A stretch of 64,000 nucleotides of DNA from Mobula hypostoma (Eukaryota), in contig NC_086101.1 of the NCBI RefSeq assembly GCF_963921235.1, positions 496,001 to 560,000 of the forward strand, written 5' to 3'. Position 1 is the first letter of the stretch. Every line of letters starts with the position of its first letter. Positions 1 through 8,899 of the stretch are shown here, in pieces. Below the pieces are notes generated by a model, which was not told where the DNA came from, did not search any database, and saw only the letters and a list, made by a program, of their open reading frames with translations. The position numbers and the translations under genes were made by a program.

Positions 1-682
1 CACCGCATGGTCTCCAGCCCCCCGTTGCCTTGGGCACCATGTGAAGGTGGGAGGCCCATGGGCTGTCGGACCGTCGTATGATCCCTAATTCCTCCATCTT
101 CTTGAATTCCTCCTTCGCCAGTCGGAGCTTGTCCGGGGGAAGCCTTCGAGCACGGGCGTGGAGGGGTGGTCCCTGGGTCGGGATGTGGTGCTGTACTCCG
201 TGTCTGGGCATGGCTGCCGTGAACTGCGGTGTCAGTACTGATGGGAAATCCGCCAGGACCCTGGTGAATTCATCGTCGGACAGTGTGATGGAGTCCAGGT
301 GTGGGGCTGGCAACTGTGCTTCACCCAGGGAGAACGTTTGAAAAGTCTTGGCGTGGACTAATCGCTTCCCTTGCAAATCGACCAGCAGGCTGTGGGCTCG
401 TAGAAAATCTGCCCCCAGCAGTGGTTGGGCCACAGCGGCCAGTGTGAAGTCCCACGTGAACCGGCTGGAGCTGAACTGTAGCCGCACCGTGCGGGTGCCG
501 TAGGTTCGTATTGTGCTGCCATTAGCGGCCCTCAGGGTGGGTCCCGGTTCTCTGTTGCGGGTGTCGTAACTCGTTGGAGGCAAGACGCTGATCTCCGCTC
601 CGGTGTCGACCAAAAAGCCACGTCCTGACTGCTTGTCCCAGACGTACAGGAGGCTGTCCTGATGGCCAGCCGCCGTAGCCAT
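1..682 (-). CDS. pol: Gypsy pol (protease and start of RT), partial; open to window edge
   Basis: Manual translation MATAAGHQDSLLYVWD..FLVDTGAEISV..PLLGADFL..EFKKMEELGIIRRSDSPWAS..WRPCG with no stop; lies in the -1 frame relative to gag. Confidence 0.92.
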   Translation of the reverse strand, partial: MATAAGHQDSLLYVWDKQSGRGFLVDTGAEISVLPPTSYDTRNREPGPTLRAANGSTIRTYGTRTVRLQFSSSRFTWDFTLAAVAQPLLGADFLRAHSLLVDLQGKRLVHAKTFQTFSLGEAQLPAPHLDSITLSDDEFTRVLADFPSVLTPQFTAAMPRHGVQHHIPTQGPPLHARARRLPPDKLRLAKEEFKKMEELGIIRRSDSPWASHLHMVPKATGGWRPCG

Positions 683-709
683 CAGCGGCGGCTGGCCCTG
701 GCGTTTCCC
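659..709 (-). promoter_or_regulatory. -1 ribosomal frameshift signal (G_GGA_AAC plus stem/pseudoknot) at the gag/pol junction
   Basis: In-frame heptamer at 709-703, 5-nt spacer, perfect 12-bp stem GGCCAGCCGCCG/CGGCGGCTGGCC; loop CTGAT is complementary to the downstream ATCAG. Confidence 0.85.
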
Positions 710-1386
710 GGGAATTTGCAGGGCGGTCTGCAGCGGCGGGCCTCCGTGCCCCACCGCTGGTGGTAGAAACACCATTGTTCGTTGGGCTCCTCACTCCCGT
801 CGCTGGGTTTTGTAGGCTCTGCTGCCGGGCCTGGTCTGGTCTGTCGTTGGGCACGCTGCTTGGTGATCTGTGCGACGGATGCCCCTCTCTCTTTCCTGGC
901 ATTCCACAGCACATCTGCTCGGGCCGCCACCTCCCGGGGGTTGCTGAAATCTGCGTCGGACAGCAGCAGGCATATGTCCTCGGGCAGTTGTTCTAGGAAC
1001 GCCTGCTCAAACATGAGGCAGGGTTTGTGTCCTTCAGCCAGGGCCAGCAACTCGTTCATTAATGCTGACGGCGGCCTGTCTCCCAAACCATCCAGGTGCA
1101 TTAAGCGGCGTGCTCGTTCGCGCCTTGAGAGTCCGAAAGTCCTTACGAGCAGGGCTTTGAATGCTGTGTATTTGCCGTCCTCCGGGGGCAACTGTATAAA
1201 CTCCTCAACTTGTGCAGCAGTCTCCTGGTCGAGGGAGCTCAGCACGTAGTAGTAGCGAGTGGACTCCGAGGTTATCTGCCGAATGTGGAATTGTGCTTCT
1301 GCTTGTTCGAACCATAAATGGAGTCGCAGCGTCCAGAAGCTTGGCAGTTTTAACGAAACTGCGTGAACAGATGCAGCGTCGGTCAT
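682..1386 (-). CDS. gag: Gypsy gag (~234 aa)
   Basis: VSLKLPSFW..WFEQAEAQF N-terminal motif and C-terminal CFYH..RCRPPC Cys/His motif; ATG chosen downstream of the PBS. Confidence 0.88.
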   Translation of the reverse strand: MTDAASVHAVSLKLPSFWTLRLHLWFEQAEAQFHIRQITSESTRYYYVLSSLDQETAAQVEEFIQLPPEDGKYTAFKALLVRTFGLSRRERARRLMHLDGLGDRPPSALMNELLALAEGHKPCLMFEQAFLEQLPEDICLLLSDADFSNPREVAARADVLWNARKERGASVAQITKQRAQRQTRPGPAAEPTKPSDGSEEPNEQWCFYHQRWGTEARRCRPPCKFPGNARASRR

Positions 1387-1412
1387 CTCTGGTCCAAATA
1401 TCGTTTGGGCCA

Positions 1413-1424
1413 TCGGGGTCACCA
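1413..1424 (-). promoter_or_regulatory. Primer binding site, tRNA-Trp type
   Basis: TGGTGACCCCGA, 2 nt after the LTR end, complementary to the 3' end of vertebrate tRNA-Trp. Confidence 0.85.
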
Positions 1425-1426
1425 AT

Positions 1427-1711
1427 TGTAGCGATGTGCTACACACAGCGCTAGAATAACCACACGGAGTCGGTGAGTTAGAGTTGCGATGAAAGAGATT
1501 TATTCAAACTTCGCGGCCCGCTTTAAAGCCTTCCCGTTCCCGCCCTCCCTGGGCGGGATTGCTGTGGGGAATGCATATTCCCAGACCCTTTCTGCGCGCG
1601 GGATTTTCCCCCTGCTGGTGAAGATGGCCTGGCGCCCTTTTTGGGGCCGGTCCTCTGCCTGCGCGCGCTGTTGTGAGCCGGTTCGTGTGTGCCAGAAAGT
1701 GGGTCGCCACA
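1427..1711 (-). repeat. 5' LTR of the Gypsy element (285 bp)
   Basis: Terminal inverted repeat TGTGGCGA...TCGCTACA; AATAAA on minus at 1504-1499; adjacent PBS. Confidence 0.85.
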
Positions 1712-2297
1712 AGATTCAGTTTTAGGTTTGGAAGACGATATTAGGAAAGCACAGTTAAATAAAGATGTTGTAATAGCAGTATTTTTTGATACTGAAAAGG
1801 GAAATAATATATTATGAAAATTAGAAGTGTGGGGAGATTGTATAATTTATCTGAGTTTTTTTATTTGGATGCACTGTGCATGTACGGGTGGGCACGTTAT
1901 GTTTGTGTTTCTATGAGATGGAGAATGGGACTCCACAAGGCAGTATTTGTAGCCCTTCATTATTTAATATTATGATTAATGATATTTTCTCTAAGATGGG
2001 TACTCTGGTGGGTAAATTGCCATATGCAGATAATGTAGCTGTATTATTAAAGACCTCCAACACCCAGGGCATGCCCTTTTCTCACTGTTACCATCAGGTA
2101 GGAGATACAGAAGCCTGAAGGCACACACTCAGTGATTCAGGAACAGCTTCTTCCCCTCTGCCATCCAATTCCTGAGTGGACTTTCAATCTTTGGATACAA
2201 CCTTGCTTTTTTAATACACAGTACTTCTGTTTTTGCACATTTTTAATAATCTATTCAATACACATAATTGATTTACTTGTTTACTTTTTATTATTAT

Positions 2298-5200
2298 AGA
2301 AACATAGAAACATAGAAAATAGGTGCAGGAGTAGGCCATTCGGCCCTTCGAGCCTGCACCGCCATTTATTATGATCATGGCTGATCATCCAACTCAGAAC
2401 CCAGCCTTCCCTCCATACCCCCTGACCCCTGTAGCCACAAGGGCCATATCTAACTTCCTTTTAAACATAGCTAATGAACTGGCCTCAACAGTTTGCTGTG
2501 GCAGAGAATTCCACAGATTCACCACTCTCTGTGTGAAGAAGTTTTTCCTAACCTCAGTCCTAAAAGGCTTCCCCTCTATCCTCAAACTGTGACCCCTCGT
2601 TCTAGACCTCCCCAACATCGGGAACAATCTTCCTGCATCTAGCCTGTCCAATCCCTTTAGGATCTTATACGTTTCAATCAGATCCCCCCTCAATCTTCTA
2701 AATTCCAACGAGTACAAGCCCAGTTCATCCAGTCTTTCTTCATATGAAAGACCTGCCATCCCAGGAATCAATCTGGTGAACCTTCTTTGTACTCCCTCTA
2801 TGGCAAAGATGTCTTTCCTCAGATTAGGGGACCAAAACTGCACACAATACTCCAGGTGTGGTCTCACCAAGGCCTTGTACAACTGCAGTAGTACCTCCCT
2901 GCTCCTGTACTCGAATCCTCTCGCTATAAATGCCAGCATACCGTTCGCCTTTTTCACCGCCTGCTGTACCTGCATGCCCACTTTCAATGACTGGTGTATA
3001 ATGACACCCAGGTCTCGTTGCACCTCCCCTTTTCCTAATCGGCCACCATTCAGATAATAATCTGTTTTCCTATTTTTGCCACCAAAGTGGATAACTTCAC
3101 ATTTATCCACATTAAATTGCATCTGCCATGAGTTTGCCCACTCACCCAACCTATCCAAGTCACCCTGCATCCTCTTAGCATCCTCCTCACTGCTAACACT
3201 GCCACCCAGCTTCGTGTCATCCGCAAACTTGGAGATGCTGCATTTAATTCCCTCATCCAAGTCATTAATATATATTGTAAACAACTGGGGTCCCAGCACT
3301 GAGCCTTGCGGTACCCCACTAGTCACCGCCTGCCATTCTGAAAAGGTCCCGTTTATTCCCACTCTTTGCTTCCTGTCTGCTAACCAATTCTCCACCCACA
3401 CCAATACCTTACCCCCAATACCGTGTGCTTTAAGTTTGCACACTAATCTCCTATGTGGGACCTTGTCAAAAGCCTTTTGAAAATCCAAATATACCACATC
3501 CACTGGTTCTCCCCTATCCACTCTACTAGTTACATCCTCAAAAAATTCTATGAGATTCGTCAGACATGATTTTCCTTTCACAAATCCATGCTGACTTTGT
3601 CCGATCATTTCACCGCTTTCCAAATGTGCTGTTATCACATCCTTGATAACTGACTCCAGCAGTTTCCCCACCACCGACGTTAGGCTAACCGGCCTATAAT
3701 TCCCCGGTTTCTCTCTCCCTCCTTTTTTAAAAAGTGGGGTTACATTAGCCACCCTCCAATCCTCAGGAACTAGTCCAGAATCTAACGAGTTTTGAAAAAT
3801 TATCACTAATGCATCCACTATTTCTTGGGCCACTTCCTTAAGCACTCTGGGATGCAGACCATCTGGCCCTGGGGATTTATCTGCCTTCAATCCCTTCAAT
3901 TTACCTAACACCACTTCCCTACTAACATGTATTTCGCTCAGTTCCTCCATCTCACTGGACCCTCTGTCCCTTACTATTTCTGGAAGATTATTTATGTCCT
4001 CCTTAGTGAAGACAGAACCAAAGTAATTATTCAATTGGTCTGCCATGTCCTTGCTCCCCATAATCAATTCACCTGTTTCTGTTTGCAGGGGACCTACATT
4101 TGTCTTTATCAGTCTTTTCCTTTTTACATATCTATAAAAGCTTTTACAGTCCGTTTTTATGTTCTCTGCCAGTTTTCTCTCATAATCTTTTTTCCCCTTC
4201 CTAATTAAGCCCTTTGTCCTCCTCTGCTGAACTCTGAATTTCTCCCAGTCCTCAGGTGAGCCACTTTCTCTGGCTAATTTGTATGCTACTTCTTTGGAAT
4301 TGATACTATCCCTAATTTCTCTTGTCAGCCACGGGTGCACTACCTTCCTTGATTTATTCTTTTGCCAAACTGGGATGAACAATTGTTGTAGTTCATCCAT
4401 GCAACCTTTAAATGCCTGCCATTGCATATCCACCGTCAATCCTTGAAGTGTCATTTGCCAGTCTATCTTAGCTAATTCATGTCTCATACCTTCAAAGTTA
4501 CCCCTCTTTAAGTTCAGAACCTTTGTTTCTGAATTAACTACGTCACTCTCCATGTTAATGAAGAATTCCACCATATTATGGTCACTCTTACCCAAGGGGC
4601 CTCTCACGACAAGATCGCTAATTAACCCTTCCTCATTGCTCAAAACCCAGTCCAGAATAGCCTGCTCTCTAGTCGGTTCCTCGACATGTTGGTTCAAAAA
4701 ACCATCCCGCATACATTCCAAGAAATCCTCTTCCTCAGCACCTTTACCAATTTGGTTCACCCAGTCTACATGTAGATTGAAGTCACCCATTATAACTGCT
4801 GTTCCTTTATTGCACACATTTCTAATTTCCTGTTTAATACCATCTCCGACCTCACTACTACTGTTAGGTGGCCTGTACACAACTCCCACCAGCGTCTTCT
4901 GCCCCTTAGTGTTACGCAGCTCTACCCATATCGATTCCACATCTTCCCGGCTTATGTCCTTCCTTTCTATTGCGTTAATCTCTTTTTTAACCAGCAACGC
5001 CACCCCACCTCCCCTTCCTTCGTGTCTATCCCTCCTGAATATTGAATATCCCTGAACGTTGAGCTCCCATCCCTGGTCACCCTGGAGCCATGTCTCTGTG
5101 ATCCCAACTATATCATAATCATTAATAACAATCTGCACTTTCAATTCATCCACCTTATTACGAATGCTCCTTGCATTGACACATAAAGCCTTCAGGCACT

Positions 5201-5549
5201 CTTTTACAACTCTCTTAGCCCTTTTTAATGCTTGCCCTGGATTTGTCGGCCTGCCACTTTTACTTTTCCCCTTTGTACTTTTTGCTTCTACGCTCACTTT
5301 ACACCCCTCTGTCTCTCTGCACTGGTTCCCATCCCTCTGTTGTGAACTAACCTCCTCACACCTAGCCGCTTTAATTTGATTCCCACCCCCCAACCATTCT
5401 AGTTTAAAGTCACCTCAGTAGCCCCCGCTAATCTCCCTGCCAGGATATTGGTCCCCCGAGGATTTAAGTGTAACCCGTCCTTTTTGTACAGGTCACACCT
5501 GTGCCAAAAGAGGTCCCAATGATCCAAAAACTTGAATCCCTGCCCCCTG
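2298..5549 (-). mobile_element. Young CR1 LINE (subfamily A), 5'-truncated within ORF1
   Basis: ORF1 esterase C-terminus (DHWDLFW..DGLHLN), complete ORF2, (TTTCTATG)n tail, TTAT at both junctions. Confidence 0.95.
2394..5393 (-). CDS. Intact CR1 ORF2 (APE endonuclease and reverse transcriptase), ~999 aa; no in-frame AUG before the endonuclease
   Basis: NARSI, GITETW, YRPP, GDFN, SDH (APE); [29 protein letters not shown] (RT); the ORF-track start at 5393 is TTG. Confidence 0.95.
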   Translation of the reverse strand: MGGGNQIKAARCEEVSSQQRDGNQCRETEGCKVSVEAKSTKGKSKSGRPTNPGQALKRAKRVVKECLKALCVNARSIRNKVDELKVQIVINDYDIVGITETWLQGDQGWELNVQGYSIFRRDRHEGRGGGVALLVKKEINAIERKDISREDVESIWVELRNTKGQKTLVGVVYRPPNSSSEVGDGIKQEIRNVCNKGTAVIMGDFNLHVDWVNQIGKGAEEEDFLECMRDGFLNQHVEEPTREQAILDWVLSNEEGLISDLVVRGPLGKSDHNMVEFFINMESDVVNSETKVLNLKRGNFEGMRHELAKIDWQMTLQGLTVDMQWQAFKGCMDELQQLFIPVWQKNKSRKVVHPWLTREIRDSINSKEVAYKLARESGSPEDWEKFRVQQRRTKGLIRKGKKDYERKLAENIKTDCKSFYRYVKRKRLIKTNVGPLQTETGELIMGSKDMADQLNNYFGSVFTKEDINNLPEIVRDRGSSEMEELSEIHVSREVVLGKLKGLKADKSPGPDGLHPRVLKEVAQEIVDALVIIFQNSLDSGLVPEDWRVANVTPLFKKGGREKPGNYRPVSLTSVVGKLLESVIKDVITAHLESGEMIGQSQHGFVKGKSCLTNLIEFFEDVTSRVDRGEPVDVVYLDFQKAFDKVPHRRLVCKLKAHGIGGKVLVWVENWLADRKQRVGINGTFSEWQAVTSGVPQGSVLGPQLFTIYINDLDEGIKCSISKFADDTKLGGSVSSEEDAKRMQGDLDRLGEWANSWQMQFNVDKCEVIHFGGKNRKTDYYLNGGRLGKGEVQRDLGVIIHQSLKVGMQVQQAVKKANGMLAFIARGFEYRSREVLLQLYKALVRPHLEYCVQFWSPNLRKDIFAIEGVQRRFTRLIPGMAGLSYEERLDELGLYSLEFRRLRGDLIETYKILKGLDRLDAGRLFPMLGRSRTRGHSLRIEGKPFRTEVRKNFFTQRVVNLWNSLPQQTVEASSLAMFKRKLDMALVATGVRGYGGKAGF

Positions 5550-6419
5550 TTATGTTTTATTTTATTTACTTTTTTCTCTCTCTGCAAGGTTATGTATTGC
5601 ATTGAACTGCTGCTGCAAAGTTAACAAACTTCACGTCATATGCTTGTGATAATAAACCTGATTCTGATTCATAGCTCAGAAGTAGTAATTTCAATTTTAC
5701 TGTGAATAGGATGCATTTACAACTAATACAGTTGAACATTGGGCAAATAGTTGAGGATTTAAGCTTTCAGTTGCTAAAACATATTATGTGTTTTACAAGC
5801 AGGATTAATAGACATGCACTTGATTTGAAATGATATGTTTCAACTCTTCAGGAATTGCTGGTAGGAAGATTTCCAGGCATGTGGATGGATAATAAGCTGA
5901 CATGGAAGCACCATATCAGTAAAATAATTGACAAATGTAAAGGAGCATTAAATTTCCTCAGGCATCTATGTGGGTATTCTTGGGTGCAACACAAAAATCT
6001 TTGTTGACCATTTATATTTGTTTAATTCGATCTGTTCTTGATTATGTCTGTGTGGCCTATGGATCAGCTCCATCTTCAACTTTAAAATGTTTGGGTGTGT
6101 TACGAGCACAGGCTTTAAGATTGTGTTGTGTGCAGCAAGGTCATCTTCTGTTTCGGCTTTACTGATTGAGGTGGAACAATTGCCCTGACAATCACAAAGG
6201 TTCAAGTTGATGTTAACACACTCGATTAATTTGCAAGGGCAAGGAAATGAACATCCTGTTAATGGTATGCTGGAGGACGGTTGGGAACACAACAAGAAGA
6301 TTGTTTTTAGTTTCAGGTGGCTGGGTTCTTATCAAGCTGGGAGTACGGGTGTATTGGATGATACAATAAGTCCCACTGCTGCTTTCTCGGTAACCCCACC
6401 TTGTTTTTTCCAATGACTT

Positions 6420-6976
6420 TAGTTGACAGCCTGGTTCGGAAATTGCACCATTGCGGATGGCAAGACCCTGCAGCAGATAGTAAGGTCAGCTGAAAAGATC
6501 ATTGGGGTCGTTCTTCTCGCTATTAGAGATACTTACACCACACGCTGCATCCGTAAAGCAAACAGCATTATGAATGACCCCACGCACACCTCATACAAAC
6601 TCTTCTCCCTCCTACCATCTGGCAAAAGGCAGCAAAGTATTCAGGCTGTCATGACCAGACTATGTAACAGTTTCTTCCCCCAAGCCATCAGACTCCTCAA
6701 TACCCAGAGCCTGGACTGACACCAACCTACTGCCCTCTACTGTGCCTATTGTCTTGTTTATTATTTATTGTAATGCCTGCACTGTTTTGTGCACTTTATG
6801 CAGTCCTGGGTAGGTCTGTAGTCTAGCGTCGTTTTGTATTGTTGTATGTAGTTCAGTGTAGTTTTTGTATTGTTCATGTAACACCATGGTCCTGAAAAAA
6901 GTTGTCTCATTTAACTGTGTACTGTACCAGCAGTTATGGTAGAAATGACAATAAAAAGTGACTTGACTTGACTTGA
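6420..6976 (+). mobile_element. Rex1/Babar-like LINE 3' fragment
   Basis: WFGNCT..LQQIVRSAEKIIG..LFSLLPSGKR..SFFPQAIRLLN; AATAAA and (GACTT)n tail. Confidence 0.8.
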
Positions 6977-7142
6977 TTTTAGGTTACATGATTGGATTCG
7001 GTTCTGCCTGAGAGTCTGTTGGTTCATCAGTATATTAATGAAAGTTATTATCATATGGTCAGCATTTTTACTGATGGATCAAAAGATAATATAACTAGGA
7101 ATGTTGGTGTGGCTGTTTTATTTTTGTCTGTGTCTGAATTGA

Positions 7143-8577
7143 CAGGATCTTTATGTCCTCGTTGTCCACGGGAATGGTACCAGAGGATTGGAGGGAGGCG
7201 AATGTTGTCACCTAGATCAAAAAACTGTAGCAGGGATAGTCCGGGTAATTATAGACCAGTGAGCCTTACGACTGTGGTGGGAAAGTTGCTGGAAAACATT
7301 CTTAGAAATAGGATCTATGGGCATTTAGAGAATCATGGTCTGATCAGGGACAGTCAGCATGGCTTTGTGAAGGGCAGATCATGTCTAACAAGCCTGATAG
7401 AGTTCCTTCAGGAGGTGACCAGGCATATAGATGAGGGTAGTGCAGTGGATGTGATCTACATGGACTTTAGTAAGGCATTTGACAAGGTTCCACATGGTAG
7501 GCTTATTCAGAAAGTCAGAAGGGATGGGATCCAGGGAAGTTTGGTCAGGTGGATTCAGAATTGGCTTGCCTGCAGTAGGTAGAGGGTCGTGGTGGAGGGA
7601 GCACATTCGGATTGGAGGATTGTGACCAGTGGTGTCCCACAAGGATCGGTTCTGGGACCTCTACTTTTCATGATTTTTATTAACAACCTGGATATGGGGG
7701 TAGAAGGCTGGGTTGGCAAGTTTGCAGACGACACACAGGTTGGTGGTGTTGTAGATAGTGCAGAGGATTGTCGAAGATTGCAGAGAGACATTGATAGGTT
7801 GCAGAAGTGGGCTGAGAAGTGGCAGATGGAGTTCAACCCGGAGAAGTGCGAGGTGGTACACTTTGGAAGGACAAACTCCAAGGCAGAGTACAAAGTAAAT
7901 GGCAGGATACTTGGTAGCGTGGAAGAGCAGAGGGATCTGGGGTATTCCTATCCTACCTCACAGATTATGGGGTGTCAGCTTTCATAAGTCGAGGGATTCA
8001 GTTTAAGAGTCGCGAGGTAATGATGCAGCTCTATAAAACTCTGGTTAGGCCACACTTGGAGTACTGTGTCCAGTTCTGGTCGCCTCACTATAGGAAGGAT
8101 GTGGAAACATTGGAAAGGGTATAGAGGAGATTTTTCCTGGATGCTGCCTGTTTTAGAGAGTATGGATTATGAACAGAGATTGAGGGAGCTGGGGCTTTAC
8201 TCTTTGGAGAGAAGGAGGATGAGAGGAGACATGATAAAGGTGTACAAGATAATAAGAGGAATAGATAAGAGTGGATAGCCAGTGCCTCTTCCCCAGGGCA
8301 CCACTGCTCAATACAAGAGGATATGGCTTTAAGGTAAGGGGTGGGAAGTTCAAGGGGGATATTAGAGGAAGGGTTTTCACTTAGAGAGTGGTTGGTGCAT
8401 GGAATGCACTGCCTGAGTCCCTGGTGGAGGCAGAAACACTAGTGAAGTTTAAGAGATTACTAGACAGGTATATGGAGTAATTTAAGGTGGGGAGTTATAT
8501 GGGAGTCAGGGTTTGAGGGTTGACACAACATTGTGGGCCAAAGGGCCTGTACTGTGCTGTACTATTCTATGTTCTAT
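7143..8577 (+). mobile_element. CR1 subfamily B, 5'-truncated, disrupted
   Basis: RT motifs DFSKAFD, GVPQGS, FADD with stops and frameshifts; (TTCTATG) tail. Confidence 0.92.
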
Positions 8578-8899
8578 AAGGACAGACACGTTTACAGAAT
8601 ACATAAACCTCTTGGGATTATAGAAGAAGGGCTTAAAATGAGAAGGGATGGAATTATATTGACACGACTTAGAATTGTCCACACTATGCTTAATTGTGCC
8701 TTGTATCCCATTGGAAAACTTCATTCTGTGTCATGCACATTTTGTCATTATGAAACTGTTGCACACATACTATTTCAGTATGAAGCATAAAAGACTGAAG
8801 AAAATCAAATGCAGTCTTCAGCACACTTTTTGGGGGGAGGAGTTGATAGTTTTCAGATAAAAACTTTATGAAGTTATGCGAGTAACTTTAAGTTAATTT

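Larger units (their letters stand above)
1..1711 (-). mobile_element. Ty3/Gypsy LTR retrotransposon, 5' part (LTR, PBS, gag, start of pol); continues past window start
   Basis: LTR with TG..CA ends, tRNA-Trp PBS, gag ORF, aspartic protease FLVDTGAEISVLP, RT N-terminus SDSPWASHLHMVPKATGGWRPCG. Confidence 0.95.
2050..5672 (+). mobile_element. Rex1/L2-like LINE 3' fragment (2050-2297 and 5550-5672) split by a CR1
   Basis: Decayed C-terminal motif (LPSGRRYRS..RNSFFPSAI) and 3' UTR ending in AATAAA plus (TGATTC)n tail. Confidence 0.6.
1712..8880 (+). mobile_element. Decayed I/Nimb-clade LINE ORF2 with RNase H, in pieces (~1712-2045, 5675-6415, 6977-7135, 8580-8880)
   Basis: Collinear motifs ENGTPQGSICSPSLFNIMIND..YADN, IYICLIRSVLDY, IFTDGSKD (RNase H), LTRLRIVH..CTFC..ETVAHILF; interrupted by younger TEs. 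Confidence 0.75.

Noticed and set aside
2776..5379. Recurrent antisense ORFs within CR1 ORF2 copies
   Set aside because: Shadow frames of RT coding sequence, repeated only because the elements are homologous
6992..7582. ORF joining an RNase H motif to CR1 RT sequence
   Set aside because: Spans the junction between two unrelated decayed LINEs
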